A stretch of 24,000 nt of DNA from Lysobacterales bacterium (GCA_044506405.1 JBIQKP010000020.1:6528-30527), one strand, 5' to 3'; shown: positions 15,788 to 23,961, counted from the first letter of the stretch. Translations and numbers: made by a program. The notes: generated by a model from the letters alone, not told the origin.

Positions 15788-17215
15788 TCAGGGCGCCACG
15801 GCGGAGATGCGCGACAGGCGCTGAGGCGCTTCGGGCGCGGTGCGTGTGTGGCGTAGCTTCGTGATGAAGCGTTGCGCCCACGCCTTGATGTCATTCGTTC
15901 GCAACGTTTCGAGCATGGACGCATGGCGTTCGCGCCGCTCGCCCAACGACATGTTGAGTGCAGTTTGAATCGCGTGTCCAACCGCGCGCGAGTCGTACGG
16001 GTTCACTTGTAGCGCACCGCCGAGCTCACGCGCGGCGCCCGCGAGTGTCGAGAGCACGAGCACCCCTGGATCGTCCGGATCCTGCGCGGCGAGATATTCC
16101 TTTGCGACCAAGTTCATTCCGTCGCGGACCGGCGTGACGAGTCCCACCTGCGCGGCGCGAAGGAATCCCATGAGCGATTCGTGCGGGAAGTTGCGGTTGA
16201 GATAGCGAATCGGCGTCCAATCGGTATCGGCGAAGCGTCCGTTCGTGCGCCCAGCCGCCTGTTCGAGCGCGCGGCGGATTTCCCCATACGACTGCACATC
16301 TTTGCGCGACAACGGCGCGATCTGCAGATAGGTGACGTGACCTCGGTTGTCGGGGAACGCTTCCAGGAACTGCTCGTATGCGTAGAAGCGCTCGACGAGC
16401 CCCTTGCTGTAGTCGAGACGATCGACGCCGATGACCAGCTTTCGTCCGACGAGGCTATCGATCATCTTGCGTACGATCTGCGTCTTGTACGCGCGCGAGG
16501 CCTCTTCCTGAATGACATCGACATCCACCCCGATCGGAAAGATGCCGCTTGCGACGGTGCGTTCGCCGATCCTGATGCTGTTGTCATCCTCGATGCGCGC
16601 TTGCGGGATGCACTGCTCCACGGCCGAGTGAAACGACAGCAAATCGCTCTGCGCTTGGAAACCGACGAGGTCGTACGCCGCGAGGTCGCGGATGAGCTCC
16701 GAGTGTGTCGGCAGTACCCTCAAGGTTTCGATGTACGGGAAGGGGATGTGTAAGAAGAACCCGATCGGCACGCGTACGCCGAGCTCGCGCAAGCGGCAGG
16801 CGAGCGGCACGAGATGGTAGTCGTGCACCCAGATCACGTCGTCCGGCTTCAGTAGCGGCGCAAGCTTCTGCGCGAACAGCCGATTGACCGCTTCGTAGGC
16901 GTCGCGGTCTTCGTGACGGAAGCGAAAGCGTGTCGGCATATAGTGGAACAGAGGCCAGAGCGCTTCATTCGAAAAGCCGTTGTAATAACGCTCGAACTGA
17001 TCTCGCCGAAGGTCGAGCAGCGCGTAACTCACGCCGTCGCGGATATGGATCTCCGGGTCGCCCGGGTCGTGATCGATCAGCTCGCCGCCCCACCCGAACC
17101 ACAGACCGCCGGTATGTTTGAGGGCGCTCAATACGCCTACGGCAAGACCGCCGGGCGCGGCCGCCTTGCGCGGCAGTGACACGCGATTCGATACGCAGAT
17201 TAATCGCGATGCCAT
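15788..17215 (-). CDS. otsA: Alpha,alpha-trehalose-phosphate synthase (UDP-forming), GT20
   Basis: It resembles OtsA over its full length (MASRLICVSNRV..., GGLWFGWGG, YYNGFSNEALWPLFHY, IWVHDYHLVPLA, VTPVRDGMNLVAKEY). The start is placed at the ATG at 17215, the conserved N-terminus. The track ORF start at 17275 adds 20 non-conserved residues. Confidence 0.9.
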   Translation of the reverse strand: MASRLICVSNRVSLPRKAAAPGGLAVGVLSALKHTGGLWFGWGGELIDHDPGDPEIHIRDGVSYALLDLRRDQFERYYNGFSNEALWPLFHYMPTRFRFRHEDRDAYEAVNRLFAQKLAPLLKPDDVIWVHDYHLVPLACRLRELGVRVPIGFFLHIPFPYIETLRVLPTHSELIRDLAAYDLVGFQAQSDLLSFHSAVEQCIPQARIEDDNSIRIGERTVASGIFPIGVDVDVIQEEASRAYKTQIVRKMIDSLVGRKLVIGVDRLDYSKGLVERFYAYEQFLEAFPDNRGHVTYLQIAPLSRKDVQSYGEIRRALEQAAGRTNGRFADTDWTPIRYLNRNFPHESLMGFLRAAQVGLVTPVRDGMNLVAKEYLAAQDPDDPGVLVLSTLAGAARELGGALQVNPYDSRAVGHAIQTALNMSLGERRERHASMLETLRTNDIKAWAQRFITKLRHTRTAPEAPQRLSRISAVAP

Positions 17216-17295
17216 CGGCACTCGCTCTGCAATCGTTCGGAAATGCGGTACGGATCCATGTCTATCTCTCCTCAAGTCCTATCGAGTCGACACGT

Positions 17296-18054
17296 TCAAC
17301 TCGCGCGCATGAGTTGCGGCGTTGCGGGTAGCTCGCGAATCCAGCGATGTACGTCGGCGACGCTCGGCAGACGGTACGACGCGCGCGTGAGTGCGGTGCT
17401 TCCGACGCGTACCGAGAGACCGCCGAGCTCGTTGACCGCTTGAAATCCATCTTCATCGGTGACGTCATCGCCGATGTAGATCGGTTGTCTGCCCGCGAAG
17501 GGCGCTTGCTCCATGAAGGTGCGCACAGCCGTTCCCTTCGTCGTTGCGCTCGGCCGGATTTCATAGACACACTTGCCGGCCTGCAGTACGTAGCTCGGGC
17601 CGAGTCGCTCGACGATCCGGTGGGTCACGTCGCGAGCCGCTTCTGCCGCATCGGGTGCGAGCCGAAAGTGCAGCGCGAGCGCGAATCCCTTGTCCTCGAG
17701 CAGCAGGCCTTCGTGCACGCGCGCGAACGCGGCGAGCTCCTCGCGTACTTGTCGGAGCGCGCTCGTATCGAAGGAAGCGCGTATCAAACGACCGTCTGGA
17801 CCACGCCGTTCCGCGCCGTGCACACCCGAGGTGCACAGTCGGAGCGGATCGAATAGCTCATCGATGTTTGCAATCGTACGACCGCTGATGAGTGCGAGCG
17901 CGCCGTCCAAGCGGGAAGCGACTTCCTCCAGCAGCACCTTGAGCTCCGCTGGCACATAGACGCTTTCCGGTGTTTCGGCGAGATCGATCAGCGTGCCGTC
18001 TACATCGAGGAAGAGAGCCCAACGCGCGTTTTGAGTCACTGCGTCGTGCGACAT
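17296..18054 (-). CDS. otsB: Trehalose-phosphatase (HAD superfamily)
   Basis: It has the HAD motif I (ALFLDVDGTLIDLAETP), ISGR, and a C-terminal YIGDDVTDEDGF. It lies immediately upstream of otsA on the same strand. The start is ambiguous between the ATG at 18054 and the TTG at 18090. Confidence 0.85.
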   Translation of the reverse strand: MSHDAVTQNARWALFLDVDGTLIDLAETPESVYVPAELKVLLEEVASRLDGALALISGRTIANIDELFDPLRLCTSGVHGAERRGPDGRLIRASFDTSALRQVREELAAFARVHEGLLLEDKGFALALHFRLAPDAAEAARDVTHRIVERLGPSYVLQAGKCVYEIRPSATTKGTAVRTFMEQAPFAGRQPIYIGDDVTDEDGFQAVNELGGLSVRVGSTALTRASYRLPSVADVHRWIRELPATPQLMRAS

Positions 18055-18268
18055 CCTTAGAACCTTACTGCGGATGCGCTGATAGCTCAACCTCGTATTC
18101 CCCGCGCGTCATCCGAATCCAGCGGTCAAGACGTTGATCGGCTGTATAAAAAGCCACATTGCTATGGCGCGTCGCGCGTACGTGCGCAGCAGGTAGTGGA
18201 AGAGCGGATTGCGCTCGGCGGTAGATCGCGGACGATAGTGCGAGGTCCACAGAGCGGAGGGGCATGCC

Positions 18269-18724
18269 ATGCTGTGCAGCGAGCTCATGAGACTGGACAT
18301 CGAATGCGTCTCACCGATGACGCCGGTAAAAGAAGCGGCGCAGAGGATGCGCGATCAGAATATCGGATTCCTACCGGTGTGCGATGAGCGAATGCGTCCG
18401 ATCGGCACGATCACCGATCGAGACATTGCCGTGCGCGTCGTTGCCGAGGGGTATCCCACGAGCACTCCGGTCGAGACGTTCATCACGTATGAAGTGGTGT
18501 CGTGCAGCCCCGAGGACGATGTGAGTTACGCGCGTCACCTGATGGCGCAGAACCGCGTGTCGAGAATCATCTGTACCAACCGAAAGGGGCGCATCGAGGG
18601 CATCATCAGCCTGTCGGACATCGCAAGCTTGGATGCGGTCGACGCGGCGCAGACGCTCGTGCATGTTGCGGGAAGAGAATCGCGCAGCGGGCTCGAGCGC
18701 ATTCGCGCGCGCCCGGCGCTCTGA
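18269..18724 (+). CDS. CBS domain pair protein
   Basis: GGAGGGG RBS lies 6 nt upstream. There are two CBS repeats (ECVSPMTPVKEAAQRMRDQNIGFLPVCDE...GTITDRDIAVRV and VSCSPEDDVSYARHLMAQNRVSRIICTNRKGRIEGIISLSDIA). Confidence 0.85.
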   Translation: MLCSELMRLDIECVSPMTPVKEAAQRMRDQNIGFLPVCDERMRPIGTITDRDIAVRVVAEGYPTSTPVETFITYEVVSCSPEDDVSYARHLMAQNRVSRIICTNRKGRIEGIISLSDIASLDAVDAAQTLVHVAGRESRSGLERIRARPAL

Positions 18725-18732
18725 TCTGCATC

Positions 18733-18839
18733 GAAGAGATCTCTCGCAAAGCAAGCAGAGCCCGCGGAGGAGAAGAGTGTCTCCTGCAGAGAAGGAATTC
18801 TTCCCTTTGCGCCCTCTGCGCGCTTGGCGAGATTATCTC
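18733..18839. repeat. Palindromic intergenic element, copy D (most diverged)
   Basis: The left arm is GAAGAGATCTCTCGCAAAGCAAGCAGAGCCCGCGGAGG. The right arm is CTTTGCGC (18805-18812), CTCTGCGC (18814-18821), CTTGGCGA (18823-18830), then GATTATCTC. The core contains GAAGGAATTCTTCC. It fills the convergent CBS / TolB-like gap. Confidence 0.65.
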
Positions 18840-18846
18840 ATCCGTG

Positions 18847-20385
18847 TCACAGCGCGTCCGAATTGCTCACGAAGGCGATCGTCGTGCCGTCGGGTGACCA
18901 CGACGGTACGTTGATCGTTCCCTGGCCGCCATAGACATAGGCAATGACTTTGGGTGTGCCGCCTTCGATCGGCATCAGGCGCAGATAGACTTGCTTGTAG
19001 TAAGGATGATCGGCGGGCTCTATGTCGTCGCCGTAGCTGATCATCGCGATCCATTTGCCGTCCGGGGAGATGTGCGGGAACCAGTTGTTGAACTCGTCGT
19101 TCGTGACGCGCTCTTGATTCTTGCCGTCTGGAGTCATGCGCCAGATCTGCATCTTTCCGCTGCGCACGGAATTGAAATAGATGTACTTGCCGTCCGGCGT
19201 GAACTCCGGACCGTCGTCGACGCCTTTCGCCGTCGTGAGGCGAATCTCGGGACCGCTGCCGTCCGAGGGGATCTTGTAGATGTCGAACTCCCCGTTACGC
19301 CCACCGGTGTAGACGAGAAACTTCCCATCCGGCGACCAGCTGTGAAGATAGGAGGGCGTGAGCGGTGTAATGCGCTTCGGTACTCCGCCGGCGACGGGCA
19401 CGGTGAAGATCGTCGACTCGCCCTTGTCGGTACTCTGATCGGAGATACCCATCATCGTACCGTCGAAGGACAGCACATGATCGTTGTTGTTGCGGATCGC
19501 GAAGCCGGTGTCGAGCAGCTGCGATTGACGCGTGGCGAGATCGAAGCGGTAGAGCCGGCCGCGCGTATCGGGGTTCGTTCCGCTCGTGTTGTAGATCAGT
19601 GCCAGGCCGTCGGGCGTCCAGTTCGGCGCCTCGAAGGGTTGTTGCGAGCGGTAGATCATCTGTCGGCGTCCCGTGCGCACATCGAGCAACTCGAGTTGGC
19701 TCCCGATGTAATCGCGATACGGTCTGAAGTCCGGCTTTGCCGTGCGTGTGAGCCGCACATCGTGGAAGATCACGTGCTCGATGACATCGGGGTTGTGCGA
19801 GCTCAAGAAGAGGCCGACTTGAACTTCGTCGCCGAGGGGCACGTCGGCGATCTTGATGCTCGAGTACGGATCGCCGAAGCGCGCGGCGGAGAACGTGTAG
19901 GTATTTCCGCGTCGTTCGATCTGAATGACATCTGCACCTTTGACGGTCGATTCGATCTGCTCGGTTGCGCCCCCTTTCGTGCGCCGGAACTGCAGAGAGG
20001 TGAGGCCGTCGCCATGCACGACTGCATCCACGTAGGGCGCGTCTTCGTCGAGGCCGTCTCGGATCATGACGCCAGCTTTGCGGTGGGGATCGACGCCGCT
20101 GCCAACGAACTCCGCGCGCGCTTGCAGAATGAAATCGCCGCGCATCATGCGCCAGGCGAAATGCATTTCGTCTCGTTCGAACCAGACGTTGTACCCGCCC
20201 GCTGTCAAGCGGTACTCCTGCGTCGCGGCGTTGTATGTCGCGCGGCCAGCGAGCTTCGGCGAGCCGATATCTGCATGATGTTCGAAGACGCCGAGTGGTC
20301 CGCCAGTCGGAGAAGCGTGAATCGAGAATGTCATAGCGATAGACCCGAGAAGGATGGCGCCCAGCCCGAATACCTTGTGACGCAC
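18847..20385 (-). CDS. Secreted two-domain protein: N-terminal jelly-roll (ConA/LamG/DUF1349-like) domain + C-terminal TolB-like (PD40) beta-propeller
   Basis: GTG start at 20385 has GGGAGG upstream. The signal peptide is MRHKVFGLGAILLGSIAMTFSIHA. The C-terminal half has repeated PD40-type blades (WSPDGKFLVYTG, EFTPDGKYIYFNS, MTPDGKNQERVT, HISPDGKWIAMIS, PSWSPDGTTIAFVS). Confidence 0.8.
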   Translation of the reverse strand: MRHKVFGLGAILLGSIAMTFSIHASPTGGPLGVFEHHADIGSPKLAGRATYNAATQEYRLTAGGYNVWFERDEMHFAWRMMRGDFILQARAEFVGSGVDPHRKAGVMIRDGLDEDAPYVDAVVHGDGLTSLQFRRTKGGATEQIESTVKGADVIQIERRGNTYTFSAARFGDPYSSIKIADVPLGDEVQVGLFLSSHNPDVIEHVIFHDVRLTRTAKPDFRPYRDYIGSQLELLDVRTGRRQMIYRSQQPFEAPNWTPDGLALIYNTSGTNPDTRGRLYRFDLATRQSQLLDTGFAIRNNNDHVLSFDGTMMGISDQSTDKGESTIFTVPVAGGVPKRITPLTPSYLHSWSPDGKFLVYTGGRNGEFDIYKIPSDGSGPEIRLTTAKGVDDGPEFTPDGKYIYFNSVRSGKMQIWRMTPDGKNQERVTNDEFNNWFPHISPDGKWIAMISYGDDIEPADHPYYKQVYLRLMPIEGGTPKVIAYVYGGQGTINVPSWSPDGTTIAFVSNSDAL

Positions 20386-20563
20386 GCGACCTCCCTATTC
20401 GAATTGTTGAGTCAACGGCGAGCGCAGCATAGCGCGAAGCGCCGCGCTCGGAAGGTCAAGAATTGGCGAGGCCTCACGCAATGTATGCAGGAGAACGATC
20501 GCACGGAGTGTACGTCCGACGTCCGCAGAATTCAGGCTTGACCCCTCGGCCGGGATCACTTAC

Positions 20564-22189
20564 ATGAATGGTTCCTCCCTAGCGCCCGACGTTCTCGTGC
20601 CGATCATCAAACGTGCAGCTCAGCTCTTACTCCTATGCGTCGTCGCACTGGGCCCAGTCCGCGCCGACGATGCGATCTCCCGTGTCTCGACTCCCAGCGA
20701 GCTCTATGGCGATTTGTTCGTGCGGGTACAGATGGAGCGCGTCTTTCCGGACAGCAAGACGTTTGTCGATGCCGTGCCGAAGGGAACGCCGGCCGAGATC
20801 CTCGAGCTCTATGAGGAGGCGAGCCAGCAGGACCGATTCGATTTGCCCGCTTTCGTGGCGGCCCGCTTCGAAACGCCTCGTACTGCCGGTGAGGAGTACG
20901 AAACGAAGAAGGGCCAGGACGTACGCGCGCACATCGATCGATTGTGGGATGTGCTCACTCGCTCGCCCGGTGCGCAGCCGATGTTCTCATCGCGGTTGCC
21001 GTTGCCGCAGCGCTACGTCGTTCCGGGCGGTCGCTTCGCCGAGATCTACTACTGGGATTCGTACTTCACGATGCTTGGGCTCGAGGAGAGCGGGCGCGCC
21101 GATCTCACGACGGCGATGATCGACAACTTCGCTTATCTCATCGATCAGTACGGACACATTCCGAACGGCAACCGAACGTACTACGTGAGCCGCTCGCAGC
21201 CGCCGTTCTTCGCGGCGATGGTGGAGCTGGAAGCGAAGCGCGAAGGGAAGGCAGCCTACGCCCGACGCTTGCCGCAACTTCAGCGCGAGTATGCGTTCTG
21301 GATGGACGGCGCGGATTCACTCGAGCCGAACGCCGTGCACCGGCGGGTCGTTCGCCTCTCGAGTGGCGAGATTCTCAATCGCTATTGGGACGATCGCGAT
21401 ACGCCGCGCGAGGAATCGTACGCAGAGGATATCGCGACAGCGCGCGCGTCGAAGCGGCCGCCCGAAGAGGTGTACCGCAATCTTAGAGCCGCTGCCGAAA
21501 GCGGCTGGGACTTCAGCTCTCGTTGGTTTGAAGACGGGCGGACGCTCGCAACGATTCGGACGATCGACATCGTGCCGGTCGATCTCAACAGTCTCCTGTA
21601 CCAACTCGAGCGCACGATTGCCCGCGCCTGCGAGGCGAGCCAACGCGTCGAATGCGTGCAAGAGATGACGGCGCGAGCAGAGGCGCGAAAGCAGGCGGTC
21701 GTGCGCTATCTGTGGAGCGATCAGACCGGCGCGTTCACGGATTACGATTGGCGTTCGGGCGCTCGCATCGAACGTGTGAGCGCGGCGACGGTTTATCCGT
21801 TGTACTTCGAGATCGCTGACGAAGCGCAAGCGCGTGCCATCGCGCGAACGGTGAGAGAACAGTTGCTCAAGCCGCACGGACTTGTCGCGACGACCGTGGA
21901 AACCGGCGAACAATGGGATGCGCCGAACGGTTGGGCGCCGCTGCAGTGGCTCGCAATCGACGGCTTCCGTCGCTACGGCGAGCGCGCGCTCGCAGGCACG
22001 ATCGCGCAGCGATGGGTCGGCAAGAATCTCGAGGTGTTCCGCGCAACGGGCAAGCTCGTCGAGAAGTACAACGTGAGCGCCACAGGCGAGGGCGGCGGAG
22101 GCGAGTACCCGCTGCAAGACGGGTTCGGCTGGACGAACGGCGTCTTGCGTAGGCTGCTCGCGGACTACCCAAAGCTTGCCGAGAATTGA
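20564..22189 (+). CDS. treA: Periplasmic alpha,alpha-trehalase (GH37)
   Basis: Both classical trehalase signatures are present: PGGRFAEIYYWDSYF and QWDAPNGWAPLQW. A signal-peptide-like N-terminus is KRAAQLLLLCVVALGPVRA. The exact start codon is not certain. Confidence 0.9.
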   Translation: MNGSSLAPDVLVPIIKRAAQLLLLCVVALGPVRADDAISRVSTPSELYGDLFVRVQMERVFPDSKTFVDAVPKGTPAEILELYEEASQQDRFDLPAFVAARFETPRTAGEEYETKKGQDVRAHIDRLWDVLTRSPGAQPMFSSRLPLPQRYVVPGGRFAEIYYWDSYFTMLGLEESGRADLTTAMIDNFAYLIDQYGHIPNGNRTYYVSRSQPPFFAAMVELEAKREGKAAYARRLPQLQREYAFWMDGADSLEPNAVHRRVVRLSSGEILNRYWDDRDTPREESYAEDIATARASKRPPEEVYRNLRAAAESGWDFSSRWFEDGRTLATIRTIDIVPVDLNSLLYQLERTIARACEASQRVECVQEMTARAEARKQAVVRYLWSDQTGAFTDYDWRSGARIERVSAATVYPLYFEIADEAQARAIARTVREQLLKPHGLVATTVETGEQWDAPNGWAPLQWLAIDGFRRYGERALAGTIAQRWVGKNLEVFRATGKLVEKYNVSATGEGGGGEYPLQDGFGWTNGVLRRLLADYPKLAEN

Positions 22190-22280
22190 TCCGTTCCAAG
22201 GGCTCTCAGTGCCTCTCTTTTTCTTCGCCGCGCCGCCGCGAAAGAGTCGAAGTACCGTATAGGCGCGAAATCGATTCTTG

Positions 22281-22322
22281 AAAGAAGAGCGCGGGCACGC
22301 TGCGTACTCTGCGAGCTTCTTC
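22281..22322. repeat. Probable degenerate remnant / solo right end of the palindromic element family
   Basis: ACTCTGCGAGCTTCTTC (22306-22322) closely matches the right terminus of copy A (TCTCTGCGAGCTGCTCTTC). GAAAGAAGAGC (22280-22290) provides a weak opposing arm. No octamer array is retained. Confidence 0.35.
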
Positions 22323-22328
22323 TAATCC

Positions 22329-22670
22329 CTACGTCGCAAGCCGCCCGAGCAGCACGACGGCGAACAGCGCCATGATGATCCCTGTCGATTCCGCGCCTGT
22401 GACTCTCTCGCCGAACATAAAGATGCCGACGAACACGAGCAGCAGCGTGCTCGTGACGGCGTAGAACACACCGGCTGTGGCGAGCTTCATCGCCTGCATT
22501 AGAAGCACCCAGACGACGGCGAAAGCGCCGGTGCAGACCAAGCCCAAGAAAAACCAGCGGTTCCAGAAAGGTCTCGCATTCGTGCTCGCGAGCTTGAGCA
22601 GCGTGTCCGCGGTCACGCCGATGCACGAGAGTGCGAGCGCCAGCAGGGCGCTTTTCCATCCAGATCCCAT
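22329..22670 (-). CDS. Small 4-TM membrane protein, SMR / EamA(DMT)-like
   Basis: GGAGG lies 4 nt upstream of the ATG at 22670. It is 113 aa with four hydrophobic helices and an SMR/ArnE-F-like size and pattern (ALLALALSCIGVTADTLLKLAS..., FFLGLVCTGAFAVVWVLLMQAMKL, GVFYAVTSTLLLVFVGIFMFGE, GIIMALFAVVLLG). It is preferred over the off-frame ORF 22165..22683. Confidence 0.65.
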   Translation of the reverse strand: MGSGWKSALLALALSCIGVTADTLLKLASTNARPFWNRWFFLGLVCTGAFAVVWVLLMQAMKLATAGVFYAVTSTLLLVFVGIFMFGERVTGAESTGIIMALFAVVLLGRLAT

Positions 22671-22755
22671 GACGCCTCCTCACGCGGCGGCGATCGCCAG
22701 CGCGCTCGTCTGAGAGGGCATACAGGATTCCAATGAAAGCGGCTCACCAAAGCCA

Positions 22756-22872
22756 GAAATTTCTCCCGCAGAGGCGCAGGGACGCAGAGATCAGAGGCAG
22801 AATAGATCTTTTCCGATTTCCGCTTTTTCTGATCTGCGCCTCCGCGGCTCTGCGTCTCGGCGAGAGTATCTT
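22756..22872. repeat. Palindromic intergenic element, copy E (four octamers)
   Basis: The left arm is GAAATTTCTCCCGCAGAG-GCGCAGGG-ACGCAGAG-ATCAGA. The right arm is ATCTGCGC-CTCCGCGG-CTCTGCGT-CTCGGCGA (22832-22863) followed by GAGTATCTTG. The inner stem is AGATCAGA (22788-22795) / TCTGATCT (22828-22835). Confidence 0.8.
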
Positions 22873-22886
22873 GCCGCTGACGTCAC

Positions 22887-23714
22887 TTAAGGCGAATACG
22901 CCTTCCGCGCCCGCTCCACGACGCGCATATCGCCGAACTTCGCTCCGATCGCCGCGAAGGACTCGCGTGGGCCTTGCCAACGAAGCGCGTCGACATTCGC
23001 GAAGAGCGACGCGTCCGTCCGCAGCGTCGCGAGCTGCTTGAAGAGCAGGGCGAGTTTGCGATTCTCGTCATTCAGAACCGTCGGCGGGAAGTGCTCGATC
23101 GCGCCATGCGCATTCAAGAGCCGTGCGGCGCCTGTCTTGCCGATGCCCGCGATGCCTGGATAGCCGTCGGCAGAATCGCCGACGAGCGCCAGGAAATCCG
23201 GGATCAGGTGAGGGTCCACCCCGAACTTCTCTCGAACGGCCGCTGCATCCCGGACCGCCTTCGCCTTCCGATCGACCTGCACGACACGATCGCCGCGCAC
23301 ACACTGCGCAAGATCTTTATCCGGCGTCCAGATGCTGACTTTCTGCACGCGCTCGTCCAGCGCGGCGAGATGGGCGGCCGACGCCAACGCATCATCGGCT
23401 TCGAGCTCCGTCATCGGCCATACCGCAACACCCATCGCGTCGAGCGCTTCCTCGAGCGGATGAAACTGAGAGAACAACGCGGGCTCGATCCCTTCGCCAG
23501 TCTTGTAGCCGGGCCACAACGCGTTGCGGAACGATTCGATGACATGATCCGTCGCGACGCCGAGATGCGTCGCGCCGCCCTCGATCATTTCGAGCACGCC
23601 GTTCAGCACGCCGAGCGCTGCGCCGAACGGCTTGTCCTTCCCTTTATTGAAGCGTCGCAGACCGTAGAAGTGGCGAAACAGCTCGTACGTGCCGTCGATG
23701 AGATGGATGAGCAT
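22887..23714 (-). CDS. Stand-alone 5'-3' exonuclease / flap endonuclease (PIN-like + H3TH domains)
   Basis: It has the N-terminal LIHLIDGTYELFRHFY, the acidic cluster ELEADDALAS, and the H3TH region DFLALVGDSADGYPGIAGIGKTGAARLL. These are typical of Pol I-type 5' nuclease domains encoded as separate proteins. Confidence 0.85.
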   Translation of the reverse strand: MLIHLIDGTYELFRHFYGLRRFNKGKDKPFGAALGVLNGVLEMIEGGATHLGVATDHVIESFRNALWPGYKTGEGIEPALFSQFHPLEEALDAMGVAVWPMTELEADDALASAAHLAALDERVQKVSIWTPDKDLAQCVRGDRVVQVDRKAKAVRDAAAVREKFGVDPHLIPDFLALVGDSADGYPGIAGIGKTGAARLLNAHGAIEHFPPTVLNDENRKLALLFKQLATLRTDASLFANVDALRWQGPRESFAAIGAKFGDMRVVERARKAYSP

Positions 23715-23961
23715 GGGCGAGAGGTCGATCCGGATCCTGAGAAGGCGAGTCCTATCTTAAACAGGATCGCAGACTGGCGCTGCTCGTGAGTGGCTTAGTA
23801 CCGACGTACAGGTCCGAATGAGGCGTGCGATCCGGTATGTCCATGCGAGCGCCTCGCTCGTTCACATATCGGAGACTCAAGCGATGACTACTCAGATAGA
23901 CAACCGCATGTGGCGTCAACTCGACCAACGTTCCCCGCGTGTTCCCCCTGGAGGTACACGG

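Noticed and set aside
18991-20541. 516-aa ORF on the + strand opposite the TolB-like gene. Similar antisense ORFs occur at 22974..23789, 4265..5167, 5400..6221, 14141..14953, 16181..16753, 21317..22117, 363..1070, 1212..2042 and 1442..2278.
   Set aside because: Each is the mirror of a gene with a strong family signature. They have Arg-rich composition, no RBS, and no recognisable domain. They are treated as GC-content artefacts.
20537-20566. TTGACC (20537-20542) followed 16 nt later by TTACAT, as a promoter for treA.
   Set aside because: The putative -10 overlaps the annotated ATG at 20564, which would demand a leaderless transcript starting downstream of that ATG. The -10 match is poor (3 of 6). 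The signal is not reliable without TSS data.
3055-22872. Could the recurring GCAGAG/CTCTGCG repeats be a CRISPR array?
   Set aside because: The copies are about 5 kb apart, separated by ordinary genes. Each is an inverted-repeat hairpin rather than a direct repeat with unique spacers, and no cas genes are present.
23715-23961. A 247-bp gap without a called gene, examined for a tRNA, sRNA or small ORF.
   Set aside because: I could see no tRNA-like T-arm/anticodon architecture and no strong hairpin-plus-U-tract. The only coding signal is the in-frame ATG at 23884, which may simply be an alternative start of the terminal partial gene.
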